NCBI GenBank assembly: GCA_963781585.1
Contig: CAWAGQ010000010.1
Span: 64,001-128,000 of the forward strand
DNA from: an uncultured Gemmatimonadaceae bacterium
Lineage (GTDB): Bacteria; Gemmatimonadota; Gemmatimonadetes; Gemmatimonadales; Gemmatimonadaceae
Direction: 5' to 3'
Length of the DNA stretch: 64,000 bases
In this document: positions 19,104 to 28,779 of the stretch, piece after piece
Layout: each line of letters begins with the position of its first letter
How positions within the stretch are numbered: the stretch's first letter is position 1
Made by a program: the position numbers and the translations under genes
The notes under the pieces: model-generated
The model's input: only the letters and a program-made list of their open reading frames with translations
What the model was told of the DNA's origin: nothing
The model's database searches: none

Positions 19104-21728
19104 CTATTCCTCTGCCGCGCCGGCCTTTCCCTTCAGGGCGTCCGCGATGCGATGGCGCAGGTCGGCGACGTGCGCCCGCGTCATCTTGTCGCCCTTGTTC
19201 TCCGCGGCCTTGAGGTCGGCGTCGAGCTCACGCAGCTCATTCCGCACCGCGGCGTTGATGTCGGTGAGTTTGACATCGAGCTGCGGCGGGCCGCCGGCGC
19301 GGCCACCCCCGCCTCCACGTCCACCCGCCGCGGCTGCGGGCGCCGCCGGCGGATTGAGCTTCGTGTTCAGATTCTCCACGTAGGCTCGCTGCAACGCCCG
19401 TCGATAGACGTCGATGTTCTGGCCCTTCCCCAGCTCGGTGAAAATGCCGTGGCGAACGTCGCTCAGCAATTCGGGGATGCTGTATCCTTCCCCCGGTTCC
19501 GCCAGCGCCTCGTACTCGCTCAGTCGAATCAGTCGGTTGTTCTGCAGCACCGAATTGAGCAGCGAGGACTGCGCGCTGACCACACGCGCCACTTCGCCGA
19601 AGGGCTCGATGCGCTTGGTGATGTTCTCGTCCAGGAAGAAGGTCGGCGTCTGGAACGCGTTTTCGTTGAGGAAGTGGACGGCGGCCTGCTGGCGTGCCTT
19701 GCTGAGGGGCACGAAGCGGACTCCGGTCTGGCTTCCGTACTTCTCCTGCGATTCCGCGCCTCCCACGACATTCGCGACGTGGCCCAGTTCGGTGCGCCAC
19801 TGTCCGATCATCCGGCCGTACAGGTCGCCCAGATCGTCGTACCCCTCGGTCGGCTTGACCGTCGCGGGAATGAGATACGCCATCTCTCGCTTGAGATTCC
19901 TGATGCCGAGGCCTGTGGCCTTCACCGGATCCTGGTCGCCCACCGCCTCGGTCTCATCTCCCGGGTCGCTTCCCGCCTGCCCCGACGTGGAGAAGCGCAA
20001 CCACGGCTTGGTGTCCTGCTCACGCGCCCAGGTGTCGAGCGTCACGCGCTCCTGATCGGCCGAGTGCGCCGTCGGAATCGGCTTGTAGCCCCACATGGTT
20101 GCCCAGATGTCGTACGGTCCAATGCCCGGCACGAGCAGGTCGACCGGCACGTGGTCTTCCGGCTGTATCAGGTAGTTGAACCGCGAGTAGTCCATGATGG
20201 TGGGCGTGTGCTGGTATTTCCGGAGGAACGACACACTGCGAAGCGAGTCGGTCGGATACTCGGAGCTGGCCTTCATGTTGTGCTGGAAGCCCAGCGTGTG
20301 CCCCACCTCGTGGGCGAGCACGAATTCCAGCAGCCGGCCCATCAGGGAATCCGGATACGGGAAGGTGCGAGCCCGGGGATCGTTGGCCGATGCCTGCGTG
20401 AAGTACCAGCCCAGCTGAAGCCGCTGCACGTTCTGGTAGAACTGGATGTGCGCGTTGAGAATCTCCCCCGAGCGCGGGTCGTGGACGTTGGGACCCGACG
20501 CGTTCTCGGTCGTCGACGGGAGCCAGCGCACCACCGAGTACCGCGCGTCTTCCGGCGACCAGTCCGGATCGTTAGGCGCGTCGCGAGCCACGATCGCGTG
20601 GCTGAATCCCGCCGCCTCGAACGCCGGCTGCCAGTCTTCGATCGCCTTCTTGAACCACGGCACCCACTTCCTGGGCGTGGCCGGATCGATGTAGTACACG
20701 ATCGGCTTCACCGGATCTGAGACGGCGGCCGTGGGATCCTTCTTCTCCAGGCGGTAGCGGGTGATGAAGCACTTCTCGTTCACGCGATCGTTCGTGTCGG
20801 TATAGTCGGTCGCCCGCACCGAGAAGTAGCCCACCCGATTGTCGCAATAGCGGGGCATCATCGGCACGTCGGGAAGCCGATGGAAGCTCCAGCTCATCAC
20901 GATCGTATTGGATGGGTTGGTGTTGGTGGCGCCGCCACGACCACCTGGCGGTGCGCCTCCCCCCGCGCCGCCCCGCCCACCGGCGTTCTGCTGGGCGAAG
21001 GTGAGCGTGGAATAGACGTTCACGTTGTCGGGAAATGGTGTCGCGCTTTCGATCCACGACCGCGCGGCATCGACGTTGCCGGGGATGCGGCTGCCGGGTC
21101 CCAGCTCGGTGGGCGGCTGGGTGAACAGCCGTGAGACGTCGATGACCATCGAGCTGTCGGGCCCGAACGCCTCCACGTTGAACGACGCGACGATCGGATG
21201 GACATTCGCATCCCGCACCGCCCGATACTCGGGAACCGCCGTGTCCACGAGGGCCTCGTACGACACGCTGCGAAGGTAGACCCGGTTGTCCCGCCGCTCC
21301 CACCGGTACACGCGGTTGCTTACCGCCTGCCCGCCGTAGCCGCTCCCCAGCACGGTCCGCGCGATCTCCGTGACCAGCAGCTCGTCCTTGTCGAGCTGCG
21401 ACGCGGGAATCTCGAACAACACGCGCGATCCGATGTGGTGCACGGTGAACATGCCGCTGCGTGACTTCGCTTCAGCCGTCACCACGCGACGATACGGCTG
21501 CGGATTCGGCTCGGCAGTCGCGCCCTGCGCGCCGCCCTGGGCGCCACGCCCGCCGCGCCCTCCGCCTCCCCCGCCAGCTGGCTCCGGCGCTCCGGTGTCG
21601 GTGCGAGGAGTGGGAACCGTGTTCCCGCGTCCGCTCGGTTGCGGGGCGGGCGCCGGAGCCGGTGCCGGCTTCGAGCAGGCGCCGAGAAGGAGCACGGCGA
21701 TGGCGTGACGCAGATGGAGTCGTCGCAT
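19104..21728 (-). CDS. Metzincin zinc metalloprotease lipoprotein (DUF5117/DUF5118/EcxA-like)
   Basis: Lipobox LGAC, HEVGHTLGFQH zinc motif, Met-turn TIMDY, DPRSGEIL. Confidence 0.9.
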   Translation of the reverse strand: MRRLHLRHAIAVLLLGACSKPAPAPAPAPQPSGRGNTVPTPRTDTGAPEPAGGGGGGRGGRGAQGGAQGATAEPNPQPYRRVVTAEAKSRSGMFTVHHIGSRVLFEIPASQLDKDELLVTEIARTVLGSGYGGQAVSNRVYRWERRDNRVYLRSVSYEALVDTAVPEYRAVRDANVHPIVASFNVEAFGPDSSMVIDVSRLFTQPPTELGPGSRIPGNVDAARSWIESATPFPDNVNVYSTLTFAQQNAGGRGGAGGGAPPGGRGGATNTNPSNTIVMSWSFHRLPDVPMMPRYCDNRVGYFSVRATDYTDTNDRVNEKCFITRYRLEKKDPTAAVSDPVKPIVYYIDPATPRKWVPWFKKAIEDWQPAFEAAGFSHAIVARDAPNDPDWSPEDARYSVVRWLPSTTENASGPNVHDPRSGEILNAHIQFYQNVQRLQLGWYFTQASANDPRARTFPYPDSLMGRLLEFVLAHEVGHTLGFQHNMKASSEYPTDSLRSVSFLRKYQHTPTIMDYSRFNYLIQPEDHVPVDLLVPGIGPYDIWATMWGYKPIPTAHSADQERVTLDTWAREQDTKPWLRFSTSGQAGSDPGDETEAVGDQDPVKATGLGIRNLKREMAYLIPATVKPTEGYDDLGDLYGRMIGQWRTELGHVANVVGGAESQEKYGSQTGVRFVPLSKARQQAAVHFLNENAFQTPTFFLDENITKRIEPFGEVARVVSAQSSLLNSVLQNNRLIRLSEYEALAEPGEGYSIPELLSDVRHGIFTELGKGQNIDVYRRALQRAYVENLNTKLNPPAAPAAAAGGRGGGGGRAGGPPQLDVKLTDINAAVRNELRELDADLKAAENKGDKMTRAHVADLRHRIADALKGKAGAAEE

Positions 21729-21862
21729 GGTCGGAAGCGAAAGGGTCGAGGGCAACGAACGCAGCCGTACAATCGTGTCGCCAGAATGCCGCTTCGTCAA
21801 TTCATCCCTGTCCCGCGCGGTGGGCCGCGCCGATGGTCCGGGGGGCTCATTAGATTCGCAAA

Positions 21863-22645
21863 ATGCCACCCCTGAACCGACTCGCCCGGGATAAGCTGGG
21901 CCTGCTGCTCAGCTCGGCGGTCCTCCTTGTGCCGGTCCTGGCGGCCCGGGCCCAGGACCGGGCGTGGCGCACCACCGTCGAGGCGGGCGCGAACCTGCTG
22001 TTCGGTTCGGCGCAGGGACGTGTTGTCTCCGGAACCGTCGGGACCTCGCATGCCGACAGCACGCTCGAGCTGCGCTGGGACGTGAGCCTCACCTATGCGG
22101 ACTCGCGCGACAACGATGGCCGCCGCCGCGTGACGGCGCGTTCGTGGCGTACGACGGCGGGAGCGGACTACCTCCCGCAAGGGCGGTGGAGCCCGTTCTG
22201 GTTCGGGAGTGCCGAAGCCAACTATCAACAGAGGATCGCCCGGCGCTACGGCAACGGCGTGGGCGGCAAGCTGACCCTTCGGCGCTGGGGCGAACATGAC
22301 GACCTCAGCGTGAGTCTCGCGACGTTGTGGGAGCACACGAACGTTCTGCATCCCGACCCTGCGACGGCGCCGGTTTCCACCCGGGTGCGCTGGTCGCTGC
22401 GGTTCCGGTTCCGGAAGCAGCTGGGCCCCAGCGTGCACGTTTCGCAGGTGACGTTCTACCAGCCGGCGGTGGATGCGTTAGGCACGTATACCGCCGACTT
22501 CAACACCGTGCTGGCGGTCAACGTCACGACGGCAGTGGCGCTGACGGTGACCCTCCGGGACCGGTACGACAGCGAGGCGCGCAGTCGAGGGGCGTCAAGC
22601 AACAACGACGGCCAGTTCCTGTTCGGGGTGAAGGCGGGGTTCTGA
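21863..22645 (+). CDS. DUF481-like outer-membrane beta-barrel protein
   Basis: Signal peptide, amphipathic strands, C-terminal FGVKAGF ending in Phe. Confidence 0.75.
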   Translation: MPPLNRLARDKLGLLLSSAVLLVPVLAARAQDRAWRTTVEAGANLLFGSAQGRVVSGTVGTSHADSTLELRWDVSLTYADSRDNDGRRRVTARSWRTTAGADYLPQGRWSPFWFGSAEANYQQRIARRYGNGVGGKLTLRRWGEHDDLSVSLATLWEHTNVLHPDPATAPVSTRVRWSLRFRFRKQLGPSVHVSQVTFYQPAVDALGTYTADFNTVLAVNVTTAVALTVTLRDRYDSEARSRGASSNNDGQFLFGVKAGF

Positions 22646-22750
22646 CGAACGGGGCAGCTGGCAGCACTCAGCCACCACCTTTCAGCGAACGGCTCCTCAG
22701 CCAACCGCCACCAGCTTCCCTGGTGGCTGATCGCCGAACGCTGTTCCTGA

Positions 22751-23509
22751 TCATTCGGGCGCCGGGGACCCCGGGGCCCGCTCGGCGTCGCGAAACCGCG
22801 GGTTACCGTGCCGGAAATCCTCCGGCCGCGCCACCTTGCGATTGATCCATTCGATCACGGCGGCGAACCCCAGGCTCTCGGGGTCGTGCCGCAGGTAGCC
22901 CGGCACCACGTCGAGCACGCGAAACCCGCGGTGGAGCTGAAAGGTCAGCGTGGGATCGGTCAGTTCTCCGCGGATTACGTGCTCGACATAGTCGGCGGCG
23001 CTCATCGCCGCGGCCTGGCGGTGATAGCCACGCAGACGCGATCCCGCACGGATCCGCAGCAGGCCGAGACGCTGGATCAGGCGACGTCGTGATTCGTAGA
23101 GCAGGCTGCCCACGCCGTGCCCCTGCATCGAGGGATCGACCATGACTTCGGCGCCGTACAGGGTGCGCCCCTGCACCGGATCATGATTGGTGAACATCCC
23201 ATGGTCGGTGAAGTCCCGCCAGCTGGTGGCGACCTCGTAGTCGTCCCAGAGCACGATCAGGCTGGCGGCCATCCCGGCCACGCGGCCCGACTTCGCCTCC
23301 ACGGCAACGAACTGCCCGTCCGGGAACACCGCCAGGTGGGAGGCGAGCTGCGCTTCACTCCAGGGCGGCGACGTCGGGTAGACGTGGGCGGTGACCGCCA
23401 CGATGCCGGCGAAATCGGCCGGAGTCGTTAGGCGCACGAAATACTCTCCGCGCCGGCCGGCCACCGGGGCACCGCTCACCGGCAGGCCACCGCGTCTGTC
23501 ACCAGGCAC
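22751..23509 (-). CDS. GNAT-family N-acetyltransferase
   Basis: FPDGQFVA, TLYGAEVMVDPSMQGHGVG (acetyl-CoA motif), DPTLTFQL. Start may be GTG at ~23479. Confidence 0.88.
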   Translation of the reverse strand: MPGDRRGGLPVSGAPVAGRRGEYFVRLTTPADFAGIVAVTAHVYPTSPPWSEAQLASHLAVFPDGQFVAVEAKSGRVAGMAASLIVLWDDYEVATSWRDFTDHGMFTNHDPVQGRTLYGAEVMVDPSMQGHGVGSLLYESRRRLIQRLGLLRIRAGSRLRGYHRQAAAMSAADYVEHVIRGELTDPTLTFQLHRGFRVLDVVPGYLRHDPESLGFAAVIEWINRKVARPEDFRHGNPRFRDAERAPGSPAPE

Positions 23510-23831
23510 TCATCGAACGGGAGATTCTCCATGCGCGCGCTCGCGAATCGTGGATGGTCGGTGAATTGCCCGGTCCCATTACCGTCCCGCACTTCGCGGC
23601 GTGACGCGGCCCGTCCCTCAGCGGCCGCCCGCCCCAGGACGCTGGTCCGTCCCCCGTACGGAGGCCCCTGGCATACGCCGTTTTCGAACCGAATTCATCC
23701 CGCCCGGTGGCGGCGGTGTCCTGCCGTGGAGCGCCGGGCGCCGACCCACCAGGCCGCGCACCGGTATCTTCCCCCGGGGAGAAGATCGTGGCGCGACGCA
23801 GACCCCCACCCCGGTTGAACGCCCGCGATGC

Positions 23832-24839
23832 CTAACGTTCGAGATCCAGCCGCCCGATGCGCTGAATCCCGCTCTCGGCGAGCCAGATCCGATGATTCTT
23901 CGGATCGGAATACACGTTGCGAACCACCGAACCCCGGGTGGGAATCTTGACCGTCACCATCTGCTCCGTCTTCGGATCGAATCCCACCATGTTACCGGGA
24001 CCGGACTCGTTGTACCAGATGCGCCCGTCGCTGCCGATCGCGATCCCGTACGGCGCCGACCGGGCCCCCGACGGAGAGGCCCACTCCCGTACCTGGCCGG
24101 TCTTCGGATCGAGTCGGCCGAGAAAGCCGCGCGCGTAATCGGAATACCAGACCATGCCGTCGCTCGTAACCTCAAGCCGGCGTGGTCGCGCGCTGCTCTC
24201 GGGCAACACGAACTCCCGGATTGCGCCGCTTACCGGATCAACCCGACCGAGCTTGTTGGTCCCGAACAACGCGATCCAGAGCATGCCGTCGGGCGCACGC
24301 CGAAGGCCGTACGGCAGCGAGCGTGGCGTGGGACAGTCGAACGTGCGCACATTCCCGGTGGCCGGATCGAGCTCGCCGTACGCATTGTTGGTCTGCGCCG
24401 TGAACCAGATCTTGTTCCCCACCGCCAGTGGCGTATGCGGAGCGTTGACCGCGGCGGGGAGCTTGAACTCGGTGATCTTCATCGTCCGCGGATCGAGCCG
24501 GCCGATGACGCCCGCACGCTGGCCGGTGTACCAGACCATTCCGTTCGCGTCTGGGACAATGCCGTGTGGTCCGGAGGCCGGCGTCGGTGTCGCGACATCC
24601 GTGAAAGCACCCGTCGCCGGATCCAACCGACCGATGAAGCTGTTGTTCTGGTCGGTATACCAAACCACCCCGTCCGGGGTCATCGCCGGATCGTGCGGGA
24701 ACGCCCCCGCGCGCGGGATCTCGAACTCGACAATCGAGGGCGCGACGCTCGGGACGGAGCGTGGCGCGTGCGCCGCGCCAGGCAACGACACGGTCGCGAT
24801 CGACGCCGCACACGTGGCGGCAAGGAGTCGACGAAACAT
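23832..24839 (-). CDS. Secreted virginiamycin-B-lyase (Vgb)-like beta-propeller
   Basis: GGAGG RBS, signal peptide, repeated P.G...DG.VWY...IGRLDP blades. Confidence 0.85.
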   Translation of the reverse strand: MFRRLLAATCAASIATVSLPGAAHAPRSVPSVAPSIVEFEIPRAGAFPHDPAMTPDGVVWYTDQNNSFIGRLDPATGAFTDVATPTPASGPHGIVPDANGMVWYTGQRAGVIGRLDPRTMKITEFKLPAAVNAPHTPLAVGNKIWFTAQTNNAYGELDPATGNVRTFDCPTPRSLPYGLRRAPDGMLWIALFGTNKLGRVDPVSGAIREFVLPESSARPRRLEVTSDGMVWYSDYARGFLGRLDPKTGQVREWASPSGARSAPYGIAIGSDGRIWYNESGPGNMVGFDPKTEQMVTVKIPTRGSVVRNVYSDPKNHRIWLAESGIQRIGRLDLER

Positions 24840-24940
24840 GGATCCACCTCCTGGAGAGCGACTGCCTCTGATGGTTCCTGTGGATGATACTAGACCGGCG
24901 CTCCCTCGTCTGCCCGTCTCCGCCGCCGCACTGATTGGGC

Positions 24941-25636
24941 TTAGTCCACTGCCGCCGACCGGTGAGTCGCCGGATCTGACGTCGCCAGCGCTGCCATGAA
25001 GCGCCGCGCGCGTTCGGCGCCGGGGCCCGGAGAACGCGGACCAGGCGCGTTGGGCACCGGAGCCACATCGAGCACGGCGAAGGTCGGACCGGGTGCGTCC
25101 AGGATCGCACGCACGTCGCGTTTCCAGGCCGCCAGGTCGTCAACGCGAAGCGTCGAGCGAAACCGGCAAGCCTGTGCGATCGCGACAAAATCGATGTCTC
25201 GTCCATCCTGTCTGCCGGACGCCGCCCCTGGGGTTGGCTGCGATCCCGTGATTTCGTAGACACCGTTGTCGAACACGAGTACCACAAGGTTGCCGGGTGC
25301 CGCGGCCGGAATGGACACCAGTGAGCCGAGGTTCATGAGCATCGACCCGTCGCCGTTGCAAACGATGACCTTGCGGTCCGGACGCGCGAGGGCCAGCCCC
25401 AGACCCAGTGAGGTCGCGTGCCCCATGCTCGAGGGCACGTAGACGAGATCCAGCGGACCCGCACCCAGCCCTATCCACTCCCGGGCGACCCCCATTGCCG
25501 TTACCACGATCTCGTCGTGGTATCGCGCAGTGTGCAGAAGGCGTACCACCTCGGACAGGGGCATGCGCGACCGTGTCCGGCGCGACTCGGGCGAGTTGCG
25601 TCCGGGTGTGGCTCGACTGCCGGCGGATCCGGTCAT
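24941..25636 (-). CDS. ThDP-binding subunit, sulfopyruvate/phosphonopyruvate decarboxylase beta-like (ComE-like)
   Basis: SSMGHATSLGLG and ThDP motif GDGSMLMNLG...VFDN; ATGA overlap with the alpha-subunit stop. Alternative start ~25565. Confidence 0.8.
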   Translation of the reverse strand: MTGSAGSRATPGRNSPESRRTRSRMPLSEVVRLLHTARYHDEIVVTAMGVAREWIGLGAGPLDLVYVPSSMGHATSLGLGLALARPDRKVIVCNGDGSMLMNLGSLVSIPAAAPGNLVVLVFDNGVYEITGSQPTPGAASGRQDGRDIDFVAIAQACRFRSTLRVDDLAAWKRDVRAILDAPGPTFAVLDVAPVPNAPGPRSPGPGAERARRFMAALATSDPATHRSAAVD

Positions 25637-26121
25637 GCCTTGCCCTCGGCGATGAGCGCTGCGCCGGGAATGACGGCGGCGCGGCAATGCCGAACGTGCT
25701 GCACGATCGCGGGGAGTTGATCGGGCGACGTGATGAGCCGATAGTCGATTTCCCAGGCCCGAAGGATCGGCTCGGTGAACACCAGGCACGTGTCGCCAGG
25801 CAGCGTTTCCTGATTGAGATAGCTCCGGTATCCGATGAGGCTGAACAGCGGCAGTTTCCAGTCGTGCAGAATGTTCCGGAGCGCGTCACCGGACTCGAAG
25901 AGCCCGGTGCACTGAATCATCACGAGCGGCATCGCGCCGCCCAGATACAGCCCTGCCGCCACGCCCCACGCCTCGCCTTCGCGGCAGACGCGGACCAGCC
26001 GGGTGGTCCCGGTCCCTTCGATCGCCTGTTCCCACCGTCCGATCGTGCTGTCCGGCACCGTCACCACGTGCGTGACGCCTAACGACGTTACCAGCGAAGC
26101 GATTTGGGGGCCGGAGAACAT
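25633..26121 (-). CDS. Sulfopyruvate/phosphonopyruvate decarboxylase alpha-like subunit (ComD-like)
   Basis: VVTVPDS, REGEAWGVAAGLYLGG and MIQCTGL (PYR domain with catalytic Glu). Confidence 0.8.
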   Translation of the reverse strand: MFSGPQIASLVTSLGVTHVVTVPDSTIGRWEQAIEGTGTTRLVRVCREGEAWGVAAGLYLGGAMPLVMIQCTGLFESGDALRNILHDWKLPLFSLIGYRSYLNQETLPGDTCLVFTEPILRAWEIDYRLITSPDQLPAIVQHVRHCRAAVIPGAALIAEGKA

Positions 26122-26390
26122 GGTGGTGGAAGGCCGGCGGTCGGTGACGGGCTGTCCTCGAGGATCCGGATATTAGGCAGGAGTGGTGTACGCGGCCAAA
26201 CCGGACGCGCTCGCGAGCGCCGAACCTGCAATTCCCTCGATGGCCACCTCAGGGAATGCCTGACACGACCATCAGAAATGTGAGATGTGGGCACGAGCGG
26301 AGAAGCCGGCGAGGCGTGACCGGGAGCCGACCTCTGCAGTCAATATGGGCCGGGACTCTAAATCCACCGCACGAGGGAAGATACCCGCAC

Positions 26391-28733
26391 ATGCGCAGCA
26401 TCCTACCGGCCTGGCAATCCGCATTTGACACAGCGACGGCGGCGGTGCTCGACGCGCAGTACGCCGCGGCGGAACGCATCATCAACGGCGTTCGTATCGC
26501 CGTCATCGGCCTGCTCGGCATCGTCGCGGGTCTGTGGGCGCCGTACCTGACCCACGACCTGAACTGGGTCAACATCGTGGTTTGCGCCCCGATGCTGCTC
26601 TGGGCGATCGGTCAGCACCTGATACTGCACAAGCCGGGGCGGCGCTGGACGCACTTGTCGGCCCTCAATACCTACCTCGACATCACCGCGGTCTCGCTGC
26701 TGCTGCTCGGGTACGGGCTGTTCGGCATGCCCGATCTGGCGGTCAAGTCGCCGATGTGGACCGCGTATCTGGTGATCCTGGCGGCGCGCCCCTTCACCGG
26801 GTCGCCGTCTCGCGCCGCCAAGGCCACGGCTACCGCGGCCCTGCAGTACGCGGCGATCGCTCTCTTCTTCCTCGTCACTACGCGGCTTCCGCTGCTCAGC
26901 AGCCCGCTCGATTCGGTGCGGGCCAGCGGCACCACCCCGCTCGACGAGGGCGCGAAGGTGCTGCTCATCGTGGTCGGAGGCATCGTCCTGACGTACGCCA
27001 CCGCCTGGAACGAGAGGACACTGCGTCGATCCGTCGACGGCATGCGCGCGTCTGAGGAACGATTCCGCGCGGTGTTCGAGCACTCGGCGGTGGGCATCAT
27101 CGTCCTCGACGGCGACGCGCGTGTCCTGCACGCCAATTCGGCATTCGAGCGGTTTCTCGACCTGTCGCTTCGCGACATGAGCGGACGCCACCTGTCGGAC
27201 TTCGCCCCGGCCGAGGACGCCGATGCGACGGCGATCCTGGCGCGCGAGGTGGCGGAGGGAATGCGGGAGAACGCCACCTCGGAGGTGCGATTCGTGGGAC
27301 GCCACGGGCACGTGGCGTGGGGTACACTGACCGTGTCGCGGGCGCAGGAGAAGGACGCTCTGCATCTGATTGCGATGGTGCAGGACATTTCGGAGCGCAA
27401 AGCGCTGGAGGCCCAGCTCCTGCACCAGGCGTTCCACGACCCCCTGACCGCACTCGCCAATCGTGCCCTGTTCCGCGACCGGCTCGAGCACGCGCTCGCG
27501 CGAACCGAGCGCGAATCGGGACGGATCGCGGTCATGCTGCTCGACCTCGACAACTTCAAGTCAGTGAATGACACGCAGGGCCACGCGGCCGGCGATCGGA
27601 TGCTCGAGGTGGTGGCCGCGCGTCTTCGGAGCGCGACCCGAGGGTGCGATACGGTGGCCCGACTGGGCGGCGACGAATTCGCGGTCCTGCTCGAGCAGAT
27701 GCACGCCTCGAAGGGTGCGGAGGTGGTGGCGTCGCGAATCGTCGAAGCTCTGCGCCTCCCGGTTGAGATTTCGCTCGGCCGCGTGATGACCGTGGGCGCC
27801 AGCGTGGGCATCGCGGTGCTCGGCGGCGAGGAAGGCGCCGAGGAGCTGCTGCGGAACGCCGACGTCGCGATGTACGAGGCGAAACACCGGGCACGCGGCC
27901 GCTGGGTGATCTACGACCCCGAGATGCACGCGGCGCTGGTGGATCGCGTGTCGCTGGAGGTCGACTTGCGACGTGCCATCGAGCGCGAGGAACTGACGGT
28001 GGCCTATCAGCCGATCGTCGACCTGCGATCCAGCGAGGTCACCGGCGTGGAGGCTCTGCTCCGATGGTCGCATCCCAAGCGCGGCGAAGTGGCGCCCAAG
28101 ACCTTCATCCCGGTGGCCGAGGAGAGCGGGCTGATTCTCTCGTTAGGAAGCTGGGTGCTGCACCAGGCGTGCAACCAGGCGGCGGACTGGAACCATCGAC
28201 GATCTGCGCTGCCGCTGACCGTCACGGTCAATCTGTCGGGCAAGCAGTTGCTTCACGATGCCCTGGTGGACGACGTGCGTTCGGCGCTGGTCGAGGCCGG
28301 CCTGTCGCCAACCAACCTGATCCTCGAGATCACCGAAACCGTGCTGATGCACGAAACCGAAACGACGCTCCGTCGCCTCCGCGAGCTGAAGGAGCTCGGG
28401 GTGCGGCTGGCGATCGACGACTTCGGCACCGGCTACTCGTCGCTGTCGTATCTCCAGCAGTTTCCGGTCGACGTGCTCAAGATCGATCAGTCGTTCGTCG
28501 ATGGTCTGCTGCGCGGAACGAACGACGCAGCGCTGGTGCGCACCATCGTCTCCCTGGCCGGCACCCTGACGCTGCGGACCATCGCCGAAGGAGTGGAGGA
28601 TGTGCGGCAGGAGGAGCAGTTGCGCGCGCTTGGATGCAACGCCGCACAGGGGTTCCTGTTCAGCCGCCCCATGGCGGCGGCCCAGATCGACGCCCTGCTG
28701 GGAGCAAAGGCGGCGTCCGGCGCCGCGGCATAG
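26391..28733 (+). CDS. Membrane PAS-GGDEF-EAL diguanylate cyclase/phosphodiesterase
   Basis: N-terminal TM helices, PAS/PAC, intact RLGGDEF, EALLRW and DDFGTGYSSL. Confidence 0.93.
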   Translation: MRSILPAWQSAFDTATAAVLDAQYAAAERIINGVRIAVIGLLGIVAGLWAPYLTHDLNWVNIVVCAPMLLWAIGQHLILHKPGRRWTHLSALNTYLDITAVSLLLLGYGLFGMPDLAVKSPMWTAYLVILAARPFTGSPSRAAKATATAALQYAAIALFFLVTTRLPLLSSPLDSVRASGTTPLDEGAKVLLIVVGGIVLTYATAWNERTLRRSVDGMRASEERFRAVFEHSAVGIIVLDGDARVLHANSAFERFLDLSLRDMSGRHLSDFAPAEDADATAILAREVAEGMRENATSEVRFVGRHGHVAWGTLTVSRAQEKDALHLIAMVQDISERKALEAQLLHQAFHDPLTALANRALFRDRLEHALARTERESGRIAVMLLDLDNFKSVNDTQGHAAGDRMLEVVAARLRSATRGCDTVARLGGDEFAVLLEQMHASKGAEVVASRIVEALRLPVEISLGRVMTVGASVGIAVLGGEEGAEELLRNADVAMYEAKHRARGRWVIYDPEMHAALVDRVSLEVDLRRAIEREELTVAYQPIVDLRSSEVTGVEALLRWSHPKRGEVAPKTFIPVAEESGLILSLGSWVLHQACNQAADWNHRRSALPLTVTVNLSGKQLLHDALVDDVRSALVEAGLSPTNLILEITETVLMHETETTLRRLRELKELGVRLAIDDFGTGYSSLSYLQQFPVDVLKIDQSFVDGLLRGTNDAALVRTIVSLAGTLTLRTIAEGVEDVRQEEQLRALGCNAAQGFLFSRPMAAAQIDALLGAKAASGAAA

Positions 28734-28779
28734 CACGCCGGGCGCGTATCGCCACCCTACGTCCTGGTGAACCGCGTCG

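Noticed and set aside
22751..23509. GNAT protein as the missing bacterial ceramide synthase
   Set aside because: It lies ~25 kb from the SPT-like gene and resembles the small GNAT type associated with carbon-nitrogen hydrolases rather than the larger bCerS.
23832..24839. Bona fide streptogramin-resistance gene vgb
   Set aside because: It is a secreted beta-propeller of a widespread family with no mobile context; resistance cannot be inferred from the fold.
26122..26390. c-di-GMP riboswitch upstream of the GGDEF-EAL gene
   Set aside because: I could not find the GEMM core elements by eye; an Infernal/Rfam scan would be decisive.
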